From: Utricularia gibba | Lineage: Eukaryota; Plantae; Magnoliophyta | Assembly (NCBI GenBank): GCA_002189035.1 | Contig: NEEC01000015.1 | Location: 2,480,001-2,544,000, forward strand | Direction: 5' to 3' | Length of the DNA: 64,000 nt | Shown: positions 12,567 through 24,435 of the stretch, piece by piece | Numbering within the stretch: position 1 is the stretch's first letter | Layout of the letters: each line of letters opens with the position of its first letter | Program-made: the position numbers and the translations under genes | The notes under the pieces: generated by a model | Told to the model about the DNA's origin: nothing | The model's input: the letters and a program-made list of their open reading frames with translations, nothing else | Database searches by the model: none

Positions 12567-14232
12567 CTATCTGGCATATGGATGATACCGACTGGTGCCG
12601 CCATAACTTGCTCTACCCCCGTATATACCTCCCGCTCCAGCGTAACCAGAACCAGGGCCAGGATCATAACTAGCGCCAGATCCAGCACCGCCGTATCCAC
12701 CATAACCACCACCACTACCACGGCCATAGCTACCACCTAATCCACCACCATATCCCCACCAAAGCCTCCACCGTAAGAACCATATCGACCAGGATAGCCG
12801 AGTGGCCCCTCTTGATAACCAAAATCACTACTACCATAATCCCCATATCGACCCCCAAACTCACCTGGACCACCATATCCACCATAATCACCAAGCCTAC
12901 CTCCATAACCTGAGCCAAATGACCTACTATACCCAGGGCCGAAGCCACCACCACCAAAATTGTTAAAGTTGCTGCCATAACCTCCATAACTATCACCATA
13001 TCCACGTCCCCTAGAATCACTACCGTATGCAGGAATGGGTGGAGGGTTTGAGGGTTTCTTTGGTTCAGCTTTCTTGATCTCAACCTACAACAAAGAAGCA
13101 AGTTAACCTAGAACTTCATCTCCAGACTGGCTTCCATCTGAACTAGAATTGTAACCCGCATTCGCATCCTAAATCCTGGTTCTATCACAGCCAGCTTCAC
13201 AATGTACGAGCCACTACACGCTTAGTCTCACAAAATAGTCCTATATTCTTATCAAGGAACATCTTAAAGGGGCCAATTTTAATACAATAGTAAGAAAGCG
13301 CACCTGCGCACCAGCCATGTCAATCATATTTCCATCAGCTAGGAGGCTGTCAACAACCTGCTCATTGTCAAAGACGATGAAACCAAAACCACGAGACCTT
13401 TTGGTCACATGATCTCTGATAATTTCATGCTCAACAACCTTCCCATACTTGGAGAAAAAATTCTTGAACTCATCTGCACAGCCATAATTGCAATCAGCAG
13501 AAAGAAATATAATATAAGAAGTTTCCAGCAATTCCCAGTGCAATACATTGATCAGTGCAAGTAACAGAAGTTCACCTTCGGTGACAGATGTGGGGATTCC
13601 ACCAACAAATATCTTCTTTGTTTTGAAATCTCTAGAATCACCAGACCCTTTGGGAATGGTTCTTTTAATTTCAACCTTCAGCAATCAATAATTATATCAA
13701 TCTCACCACAAATACAAAGCAGAAAATAATTCCAGTTCATTCAGCACAAGCATCTCAATGTGCAAGTCTCCATTAGAGCACGGGCAAGAAACAAACTCAC
13801 TTGTTTCCCATTAATGATATGGGTCTCAGCTATGACCGTGTCAACAACCACAGGATCAGCATACGTAATGAATCCAAAACCCCTAGGCCGACCCGTTTGA
13901 CGATCCTTCATAATAACTGAATCTGTGATCTCTCCATACTTGCCGAAATACTTGACAAAATCCTCTTCGAAGGTTCGTCCGCGCAATTAAGCCGTAAAAA
14001 TGTCATTTTTCTGTCTTGTAGGGAAAAAAAACAGAAAAACACAAGAATACAACAACAATTTCGAACCTAAAGTCGTATCTTTTGCCAGACCCCCAATAAA
14101 GATTTTCCTGTCACAAAGAACAAGATAGAAAATAAGCAAATACATTCAAGGAGACTTAATACAATTGGAGCAGATGACATTAACGAACCCTGGGCTAGCT
14201 CCGTCACCGAAATCTGGTCTCCGGGAACCCAT
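12567..14232 (-). CDS. hnRNP A/B-like RNA-binding protein (two RRMs plus Gly/Tyr-rich tail); apparent frameshift at 12754-12757
   Basis: MGSRRPDFGDGASPG|KIFIGGLAKDTTLE|DFVKYFGKYGEITDSVIMKDRQTGRPRGFGFITY..KQ|VEIKRTIPKG..KKIFVGGIP..RSRGFGFIVF..AQ|VEIKKAEPKK..GGTSRYHPYAR* (PY-NLS-like end). Confidence 0.92.
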
Positions 14233-14393
14233 AGAACCCTCAGAATTAGCAGATCTAAAGGCACGGTGTGCTAGGATCCGAGGGTTTTCGATGAAAGGGA
14301 TGAACAAGACGTGAACTTGGGGATAGGACTGGCGAAAATCGAACGGTGCCGTATTGCTTCAGTTGAATTACCTCCAATTCTTATTCCTCCGCA

Positions 14394-14417
14394 TGGGCCT
14401 GAATTCCTCAAGGCCCA
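14394..14417. promoter_or_regulatory. Pair of site II (TGGGCY) elements upstream of the RRM gene
   Basis: TGGGCC 14394-14399 and GGCCCA 14412-14417, 160-190 bp upstream of the ATG; TCP-bound site II motifs are typical of plant housekeeping promoters. Confidence 0.55.
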
Positions 14418-15468
14418 AAACTATTGGATAAATTACTCCTTTACCCCTTAATTATAACCCAAATCACGTTTAATTAAAATCAAAGACTCTCTTAAAAGTT
14501 CAATTGAATCTTGGTTATAATTTATTGAATAGAATTCAATAGTTTTTAATTACATTTTTAAAATATTAAAAAATAATTACAAAATTTTGAGTCCATTTTT
14601 CTTACTTATATATTTAATTTGAACACACTATCCGAAAACAATAACTTTTACATCAAACCCAACCCCCAAAAAACGAAAAAAATGGCAATGCCGGCGAGCA
14701 TATGGAAACTGAACATTTTTGGAAAAAGTAAGTCAAAGTTACAGAGGTTAAAAATGAATTAACAGTCCGTAAAAAAGAATAGGAAACCAAAGCGGAGCGC
14801 ACCTTTTACCATGTTGACCCTAAGAAAGGTAACTCCACTCACTCATTCAACCGCCTTAAGAAACCCTTCCGCTTGTTACCTTCTATCACCCTCGTGAGTT
14901 AGTTTTACCTTCAACTTTTTTTTACTTACTTTCTGTATACCTTTCGCTTTCACTTTACCACCACCGCCACTGAAAGCGCCCCCCTCTTTCAAACATCCCT
15001 CTTTTACAGCGGTGATTCGTTTTTACTGTCTACAGTCGCGTCGCATATATTCTACAATCCCCGTTCACATATTCTTTGTGCTGATCTACTGCCTAGGGGT
15101 GTTTTAGCCTTTTAACAAGTGGCGTGTTAATGGTGCCTAATCCGGGATTAGTCTATTTTGCTAGTAATTGAGTAAGAGTGACGCGTGACGTGAACTTCCA
15201 ACAGCATGTGTGACGCACCTAATTGTCAAAAAGGCGAGGGCCGTGTGATCGGTGACAGATAAGGATCCGATGGGCGGGGGAAGAGAACCAATGTACTGTT
15301 GAATTAGAGAAGGGGAATTAAGCGGCGGGCCGATTTGGTTTTTACGGCCGCCTCAGCCGCTTTGCTTCTCCGTCATGCGGATAAAAAGGATGATACGAAG
15401 AAACCAGGACTTGACCTAGACACTAGACAACCGAATTGGAGAGGAAGAGAGGCGCGGGTTCTTGGATT

Positions 15469-16635
15469 TCAGACCCTGAAATTCTTCCCGACGAAGGTCT
15501 GACCGAATTGCCAATTGGCGGGGACGATGTTCCAGGAAGTGGAGGTGCGGCGGTCGCTGCCGGTGACTCGGAAGGAGAGAGATTGGCCGACGAGAACGGC
15601 GTTGGATTGCCAATTCTGTCCCCAATTCCGGCTCATACTCATCCACCCAGTCCCTGATCCTTTGACGCTCACCTTCACGATGTCCCCTGCGCCGGCGACG
15701 TTGGTGATGAGGACCAGATTGAAGTAACGGAAGCCGTTGATCGTGAATCGGATCCCGCCGTCCTTCCTGCACGGCACCCTGCGAACAACAACATGAAATG
15801 AATGAGTGCGAACAATTCGTCTGGTGTGTTGTCTCGTGGGCGGTCCGGATTTCCCGGAGCAGCCCGATGACGTGCATAGATTTAATTGGGTGGGAGTGCG
15901 ATTCAAGGGATGGTCCCCACTTTTCTAACGAACAGTCACGTGATTTGTCTGTCTATCACGCAGGGTGTAGACACGAGGACCGGATATTTTCTTTTTCGAT
16001 TTCGGCTTCCTTTTTTAACCTGTGTAAATGGTGGAGTAAGATAAATTCCTTGTGTTTTTTTTTACCTGCGGTGAACGACGGGAACGATGCCGGCGCGGTA
16101 CTCGGCGATTTTGAGGAACATGGGCATGGCGAGATCGAAATGGGGCGGGGCGGGTTGCACCAGCCGCCGTTGTCGTTGGGGAGAGCGTAATTTGGAGGGC
16201 AAAAATTGGTAGCGGTTACGAAAATGGAGGGGCTACCGGGATGGCACCATTGCTTCTCGTTCGCGCACTTGATCTCGAAGCAAGATCCGCAGCTGAAGCC
16301 ACTGTTGAAAAGCGCAGTGCTCAGCGCCGCCGTGTTCACACCGTAGCCCTGGCTGTACAGGTTGCCGTAGCCGCACGCGCCACCTGCTCGTTTGCGGACT
16401 CCGATTAGAGAGTGAGAGCCAAAAAGACACAGAGTATAGAAATTAGAAAAGATGGTGTGAGAACAATAAACGTACCCATGGTGCCAGAGGCGTCGCTGCC
16501 GCCGTAGAACGTGGCATGGGCGCCTTCCCAGGATCCACCAGCGTAGACGCCAGGGATCCTGGCGTACGCCGGAGATAGGAATGTGGAGAAGAGAGAGAGA
16601 AGGGACGTGTAGACAAGCACTGAGAGAATGCCCAT
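15469..16635 (-). CDS. EXPA: Alpha-expansin (EXPA4/6/16-like clade), 3 exons; apparent frameshift at 16142-16145
   Basis: Signal peptide then [29 protein letters not shown]|[41 protein letters not shown](H)[23 protein letters not shown]|[40 protein letters not shown]. Confidence 0.95.
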
Positions 16636-18133
16636 TTTGTGCCAAGAAAACGGAGAAAGAACAGGGGAAATAGGCGTGGATGGTCGAACGTGAACGAAAC
16701 GGGGATGGGATACTTATGGAAGTCTCAGTGGCAAGAAGCGTAATTACAGGGGAAGTCCAGGAACTTTATGGGAAACCCATGATTCCCTACCCTTCCTCCC
16801 TCTCCCCCACGGCGCGTACCTCCACTTCCCCATCTCCAGATAGAAGAAGAAGAAACGTGTGGGGCCCACACAGTTGACAGCTTTTCCTCCCTCCCCCGGT
16901 GCCTTCTTCTTTCTACCTCCTAATTAATTAAATTTATCACTCATCCCTTAAATAACATTTCAAAATAAGGAAATTATCACGGCATCTTTTTTGTGAACCG
17001 GCGGAATCAACTAGGGTTTTAAAGACACCGGGACCCACCCACCCGAGTGCGCGATCTTAGGGGCACCACCCCTAACCGGTAGGCGCTACAAGGTACTCTT
17101 AATATTATTACAAGACTAACCTTTTATAATCCTAATCCATCTGCGAATATATTTTAATTAACACGCCTAATTTTCCCTAAACCCTAATTAATTCACCTAA
17201 ATAATCCCTAGTTCAGTTGTAGCAATGGTAGGGGACCTTGCGAATCTGCACCAATCCTTGTGCGTTTTCCTTGCGCCTCACGTGCTACCCCTCCTTTTAC
17301 ACACACACACACAACACAGCATTTGTTGCCATAGCTTTTTATCCGAATGGAATCGATCTTAGAGGAAGTGCACCAGATGGTGGCCCGTAATTCCCACTCA
17401 CCCATGCCTTTAAGGGTAATTCTATATTTTTGTCACATATTAATATTAAAAGTGATTAATGGTTATATGCTATGTAGTCACCTCGACATACACATTGGAC
17501 ATAGATATGTGAGAGAGAATGTAAGGATGCCAATTTTTCTAAATGATACATTCGCATGACTTAGAAATATGGTCATGCATTAGAGATTGTGTGCGAAAAA
17601 TGATCATCAATAATGTAAGTTTTTTAATTTAATGTATTAAATAGAGTGTACCTATAATCATTTTTGTGAAGTGATCCATCCGTTGAAATCGAGGACGGGG
17701 TTAAAGTCAGGCGTGAAGGCACATGGGATTGGGGACGAGGGTGGGGGGCGGTTTAGGGCTTAATTCCTCGGTCCATGCAGCCCCATGTTAACTTTTTGGC
17801 AATTGGGGAATTTTTGTTCGATTCTTACATTATATACTTTTGCTTTCTCTGTACGTGGCAGTTGACTAGTGGGGTCCACGTTTGACTTGGATATTTTGTT
17901 GCCCAATATTTATTTACCTTAAATTCATTGTAAATGTAATGGATTTGGAGCGAGCGATATGGGGCCCCGGGAAATGTATGTTATGGGCCGGGCGGGTCAC
18001 TGCGTTGGCCCATTAGAGGTGACGTGAGGATTGATAGAATTACTGGGAGGGCATTTGCGTCACGCAAAAGGTTGAGGTTGGGTTTGTGTGGCAGAACAGG
18101 GGTGTGGGGCGTGGTGGGCAGATCTCGGTGTTG

Positions 18134-19496
18134 ATGGCTTCTCCGCCTTCTCCACGGCTACTTCACGCCGCCGGGTCCTTCGTTGGGGTACATGGACACC
18201 GTCTCTCCCGTCGCGCAATTTGCCGGAGCTATGCTTTTCCTGCGGTGGTTGACGACAGATGGCGCCAAGCTCAAGGTCCTTCCTGCCTCTTCATCGGACC
18301 CTTGGAAACCGCCACTCAGGAAAATCTAGAAGCGTTCTATCGCCAAGTCAGTGTGGATTCTTTCTTCGGTTTACTAGTAGAATATCGAGTAATCAGCTTA
18401 TTTGTTTGTCTTTAACCCAAAGGCTCGGGAGGCTTACTACGGCGGGAAACCGTTGATAGTTGATGATATGTTTGATCGGGTTGAGGTGAATTTTGCTCTG
18501 AACATTCTCGATTTTCGTCTCGCTTTTGTTTTCAGCTTTTTAATGGCCATGATCAATTCTGACAGCTGAAATTGCGGTGGTATGGGTCGAAGTATGTTGT
18601 CAAGTATCCGCGGTGTAGTCTAAGGGCACACTCCACCTATGCGGATGCTGAGGTAACTTGCTCTATCGTTTGCAGTTTCATCGAAATCGAATATGCTAAC
18701 TTAGTGCTGTTAACCAGAACCTAAGAAATGGATAACTTGAATTTAGGGCAGGAAGACCCTTCGCAGGTTCTTGCATTGGCTGGCATATGGCTCTTGATAC
18801 TTGGTTTTGGAGCATCAGCGTGTACCATGCCAACTGTATGCGCTGTTGCTCAAGCATATCACAATGCATTTTACACTGGATTTTCTCATGTTGGCTCTCC
18901 GCCTCTCACGACCCTAAATGCGCTGCTCTTCATGTTGTTTGGTACCATGGTGGGTTACCCCATAGCATCTGCTTCTGGTAAGCAAATCTCCGCTACTGAA
19001 TCACTCGTATTGCTCCCACTTGACTGCAACTTCCTTCCTAGAACACCCCAAACAACTTTGCGTTGCTAATTATTCTTACCTGGGGATTTTGTGTAGTTAG
19101 AGCACTTCAAGGCCTATGGCAGAAAGATTTGGTTGCACTGAAGGGAATATGCCCCAATTGCTGTGAGGAGGTTGGTCTGCAGCACACTTGAAGAGCGTCC
19201 GTTAACTCTTGCTATTTGTAAATTCCCACAACTTGCAGGTGTATGCCTTTGTTGGATCGAATCAGTCTAAAGACTCGACACGGCGGCGACACAGAGTAGA
19301 GTGCCATGTCTGCGAAAGCTCCTTGGAATTCCGCACCAAGTTTGAGGTACCTACAGGCTTCATCCCAAGCTTTTCTGTTAACAGAACAGACCCCATGATC
19401 TCCCTGTGGCTGCAACAGCAGACAGTCTCCACACCGGGAAGAAGAAGATGGGTCTATGGTCGCATCTATCTGATCCGCTCCAAACGCAGATGGTAA
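18134..19496 (+). CDS. PGRL2: PGR5-like protein of the PGRL2 type, 7 exons
   Basis: Transit-peptide-like start; QGPSCLFIGPLETATQENLEAFYRQ|AREAYYGGKPLIVDDMFDRVE|LKLRWYGSKYVVKYPRCSL..YADAE|EDPSQVLALAGIW..|VRALQGLWQKDLVALKGICPNCCEE|VYAFV..ECHVCESSLEFRTKFE|..WVYGRIYLIR..*; the PGRL Cys motifs are present. Confidence 0.88.
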
Positions 19497-19640
19497 TGAC
19501 TAATGCCTTGGAAGTTGTTGAATCGGAGATTCTTTATGCCTTGTGGTTTGCCCCATGGGCTGTGCAGAAATATATAGATTCCGACATCCACTTCCTAACA
19601 TGTTTTCGTTGTAATCTCGCCCCAGAACGCGGCCTCACGT

Positions 19641-20011
19641 TGGGCTTTTCACCAGGCCCAAACTCAAAGCAGGCTCACATAACTAACGGTTCTCATGGGC
19701 CTCTTGTCGCAGCATGGTATGAACCCACTTTAGGCCCACGTGAGATAGAAATACGTAGCTTAATAGCGGAACTTGAAAGTGCCAAAATAACACTGTAGTT
19801 CTTATTTCTAGATTTATTTTTGTATTGAATTTGATTCAAATTATTGTAAAAAATGCTCAATTTAAAAATATAATAAAAAATGTTCAATTTTAAAATACTG
19901 ATGCATACATTTCAGTTTGATTGATTCAAATAGTTTGGGATTAATTAATTATTTAGTAAATGGTAAATGCAATTAAGTGGAATCAATAGGTGTGGAGTTT
20001 GGTTAGGGTTT
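19641..20011. promoter_or_regulatory. Four site II motifs plus a telo-box, probable promoter module of the telomere-repeat-binding gene
   Basis: TGGGCT 19641, GGCCCA 19655, TGGGCC 19696, GGCCCA 19733; TAGGGTTT (telo-box, reverse of AAACCCTA) 20004-20011. Confidence 0.45.
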
Positions 20012-21080
20012 TCAAAGTTGATGGATGAAATCCAATTAGAAGACAGATAGGTAGATATAGTAGACTCGTTTTTTTTTTTTTGAATTATTATTTTAATGGC
20101 ATGCAGGGGAAATGATGAGATGGGCGAGGACGAGGAATCGGAATAAGAATGGTGGTGGAGAGTTGGGAGGGGGCGGAAATGGGAAGGCCATGGCGCAGTA
20201 GTCGTGGAAATTGGATATCCTCCACGAATTACTTACTAAGAATCGTGATTGGCAAATTGGGAGGTCCAGAAATCGGGGGCGCGGTCGCGGAATTCCTCTA
20301 AACCTTTCTGGGTGGATGGGTGACCCAACGTTTTTCTCGTCTGTGTATGAAGCCAGGAACGTCCACACGGTTTCATCGCCTCGCCACATGTCGCAGTATC
20401 ACACAAGAACAGGTCTTCAGGGAGGTAAACCTTGTATAGCCGGTGAATTCTTCGACTTGTACCGATGGGGCCGGTGGCAGGGGTCAATGGTATAAGAGTT
20501 GGGGTTTAACCAATGTTTCTGGGCATATGGTTTTCACAGGGTTTTGGTTTTGGTTTTTGCTTTCCTGGATGGAGGAGAATACGCGAACATAAAGCTTTTT
20601 TCTGGGTTCATTTATTCGGAGCGTGTGAAGTGGTGACAAATGAAAAAAATCGATCGGAATTGGTGGTCCCATCACATCATCTCAGGCTAAAGTTCTGTTA
20701 TCTGGAGGAGAGAAAGAACATTTCTGGGGGATTCATTCATCACTTGGATTCAAACTCAGGGTAAAGCTTAACCTTTTACTGGTATCGTGCAACCTTTTTA
20801 GAATACCCACGAAGGCATAAGGACAATCTGAGATTGAAAAGATGTCCCAGTGGTTAGATATATTTTGAAAGAAAATTGAATGACTTTGCATGCTTTCCAT
20901 TCATCCATGGCCTTTTTTTGCTTTTCTATTTTGTCTGATGGAGGTTTATGGGTGTAAATGGTGATTGATCTTTTGAGATCGTTTCAAACAATCACGTACT
21001 CCCAGATCGGCGTTTTTGTTTAATGTACGATTTCCTGAGTGTATTCTTGGATGGCTAATGCAGGAGTTAAGTTTTGAGTT

Positions 21081-23494
21081 ATGATGAGATTAGAATATGG
21101 ATTTCATGGATATCAGGTACCTCCTACTCCTAGAGCTGCAAGATCAGCCAGGGTAATAACTGATTAACATACATTTTTTGTCAAGTGGTATTTTATGGTT
21201 GTTACATGCATGAGGAATTTATGATCGTTCGCCATGTTCCTTTGTTTTAGAGGAGGTGCTTATTTAAGAGAAAAGCTGATGATAACCACGCATTCGCCTT
21301 TGACTTGCTAGCGAGTGTAGCCGGGAAGCTACTCTTGGATGGGGAGAAGAATTCCCCTGAATGTGGTGATGCAAATGAGCAGCCAGCAGCTGCTGAAGAT
21401 CCTGTTTCCAAGGTAGATGATGAAAAGCCCGAAGAGCAGAAACCTGGTGGCTTTAGGGATTTTTTGACTAGTGAACTCGTGACTGATTCTCCTAAGCCTA
21501 AAGCAAATTATTTTGCTGATGGAGTGGATGTACTCTCACGACAATCTTCTGGGGTAACATTTTCCGATAGGTCTGGAGTAAACGATGACTGCAAGCTCCG
21601 CCTTGGAATATTTTCTCCTTCAGAAGAGACTGAAAGAAAAAATAAGATAGAGGTAAAACTGGAATCTGTGGATACTAGGAAAATGCCAACAGGTAATAAC
21701 CCCTCTCTGGAGGAGTGGGATACAAAACCACAAGTATTTGTAAGTTCAGTAGTTGATAGTTCAAGTCAGTGTGGCTCCCTCCCAATCACTCGGGATTGTA
21801 GTGTAAAGTTAATTCGTGTTGATGATGACGAAAACTTATCTCGGAAAAATGGTTTTGGGGGTGGAAAAGTTCCTGCATCTTGTGATGCTAAATTACCAGG
21901 CTTCAAGGATGGAGAACAAGATCGTGCAGGCGAGTTTAAAGGTATGGTGACATTTTTACTGAACACTGCTCAATTATTTGAGGGATCAATGCATACTTGG
22001 TGGTTGTATTTTATTCAGATAACGAGAAGATTGGTTTGAAGAGCCAGAAATCTTTACGGGACTACCCTCTCAAGAAGAGGAAACTTTTGGAGTACGACCA
22101 GGTTTGCTATGAAGGGATAAGCAGTGTTCATGAGGACGGCTTGAACCCAAAGTTGCCTGGAGGTAATGTTTAGGCTACCTGTTATCATACCGTGGCTGTT
22201 ACTTTGGATTGCTGACTCTGATTCACTGCAAAATTTAGTGATCCCGATGAGCCAAACTTCACCTTGTGCCACCCGTGATTCACTCCAATCTCAAGGTATG
22301 AGAGCATTTCATGGATTACGGCATGGCTGGTATTCAGGAAGATGTTATTATTGTCCTTTTAAATCAGTTAAACTGAAGATCAAGTCTTTTAGAGTCCCGG
22401 ATATGCTAATCGAGATGCCAGAAACTGCAACAGTCGGTTCCCTAAAGGTAACCTCGTACATTGTCTGAACAAGAAACATTTAGTGCACACAAACATGACA
22501 TATATTTGAATCGAAACTCCCTTATTGTGCTGCAGAGAACGGTCATGGAAGCAATTACCGCTGTTCTCGGTGGTGGTCTTCAAGTAGGAGTTGTTGTCCA
22601 GGGGAAAAAGATTAAGGATGATGCCAAGACCTTGCTGCAAATGGGAATCTCTCCGAGTAACACCACTGATGCACTCAGTTTTTTTCTGGAGCCAATCTCG
22701 GCACCACCGCATTTAAAACAGCAAGTGTCTGAGAAGCCAACTCCGATGGCCAGGTATATATGTTTTGATCAAGTTTTTTTTTTTTTACTGCATTTGTGGG
22801 CTGCTGTTTTGATGGATATCCATGGTAATCTATGTAGCTTCCCTGCTCTGCCTCCTACGATGATGATGATCACTGGAAGCAATGCTGAAGTGGGTAGTGG
22901 ATCGAGCGTCAACAACTTGATGGAAAGCGATCGCGATTCTGCTCACTCCTCTCCAGGGAAGCGGATGACGATGGCGGAGTCAAAAGCATTGCTTCCTCTA
23001 CGGAAGTCGAATCCGAAGCCATCGGAATCTGCACAGCGGCGCATACGGCGTCCTTTCACGGTGGCCGAAGTAGAAGCACTTGTACTTGCAGTGGAAAAGC
23101 TCGGAACCGGGAGGTACGTTCCTTTTAGTGACGTTGAAAATATTGTGAAAGGGGGAAGTCATTGAGTTCTGCTGTTGTTTTCGCAGATGGCGCGACGTGA
23201 AGCTCAGGGCTTTCGACCATTCAAAACACCGAACTTACGTCGACCTGAAGGTGATCCCCGGAAACTCAAGCGTAGTTGGTGGCCGTGCTTTCATTACAAC
23301 GTGGGCTTCTTCTGGGTTTGCAGGATAAGTGGAAAACATTGGTCCACACCGCACGAATCTCGCCGCAGCAGCGCCGTGGCGAGCCGGTGCCCCAGGAGCT
23401 CCTGGATCGGGTGCTGGCGGCCCACGCACTGTGGTCTCAGCAGCAGCCGAAGCACCCTCTGAAGCCCCAACCAAATACCTTCCGGCTAATCTGA
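21081..23494 (+). CDS. Telomere repeat-binding protein (TRP/TRFL family I): ubiquitin-like domain plus C-terminal Myb with Myb-extension
   Basis: MMRLEYGFHGYQVPPTPRAARSAR|RRCLFK..AFDLLASVAGKLL; VKLKIKSFRVPDMLIEMPETATVGSLK|RTVMEAITAVLGGGLQVGVVVQGKK; AQRRIRRPFTVAEVEALVLAVEKLGTGR|WRDVKLRAF..RTYVDLK|DKWKTLVHTARISPQQRRGEPVPQELLDRVLAAH. A 5'UTR intron is likely at about 20761-21063. Confidence 0.92.
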
Positions 23495-24435
23495 AGATTA
23501 CCGGAGAGAATCATACACTTTCAACTGAATACTTATATACCTGAAGAAATAATCCTGTACACGAATGACTGAGCAATTTAGCAACTTGAAAGGCGCCGGC
23601 AGTTGGCCGGCGGAAGAGATGAAATTCCAGAGTACTTGACCAGTGGCCGCGTGTCCATCGACCTTGGAGAAAAAGAAAAGAATATTTGACTTTTCCCCCT
23701 CGCGAGTTCTCGTCTATTCTACACTCACCCCTAGATTCTTCTTTAATTGTATGTTGGCCCCTCACTAGCGCCTGTTCTACAATATTTACCAAAATATAAT
23801 CACTCCCCTACATGGGGCTTGGGTATGCTGGCAGTTCCGGAGGGCGCCTGCATAAATTATTCTCGAGGTAGAAAAAACTGAAGTTCGTTGATACTCTTTA
23901 CGACAGTTTCTAGGTTTTTCAACGCTACTCCGATTCCACTCCTTTATCCTGCAAAATTGAAGGTATTACTCTTCATTTCGCTTTGGTCAATCCTACTGTG
24001 CTTGTACCGGTCGTTGATCATGTGCTTTGATTTTGATACTGTGATCTTTATAGTTCTCTTTTTCTGTGTCACCGGATCTGTGCTCCTGTCCTGTGCATTC
24101 ATTTTTCTTTGTTTCAGTTCGTGTTTGATGATTTGTCTTAAAACGTTGTACTGGTTTAGTTGTTCGCTTGAAAGGTGAAGCTCTTGCTCTGTTGAGATTT
24201 TTTTTTTTTTTTTTTTTTTTTGCGGTGCTTTGTGACGTGGATGTGTTGATCAATAGCTCTCATTTTCTACTTCGTATATTTGTCGTTCCATTTTTATTAT
24301 TTATCTTTAGGTAATATAAAATTAATGAATATGGATTTTCGAGTAAGGCGTGGTTATATCTGATTGTTCTTGTGGTTGCTAGGGGACATGGCTATTTCTA
24401 ACATCATGTGATCCTTTAGAGTGCAAGTGTCCCCA

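Noticed and set aside
13965-14066. Strong polypyrimidine tract plus CAG at 14011 in RRM intron 2 that would give a premature stop
   Set aside because: It would make a 56-nt intron. The in-frame AAG acceptor at 13965 has a CTTAAT branch-like site about 22 nt upstream and yields the expected protein; no evidence that the alternative is used.
20093-20764. ORFs of 63-98 aa on both strands upstream of the telomere-binding gene
   Set aside because: No recognisable homology; most simply explained as GC-rich 5' leader sequence. A conserved uORF cannot be excluded without comparative data.
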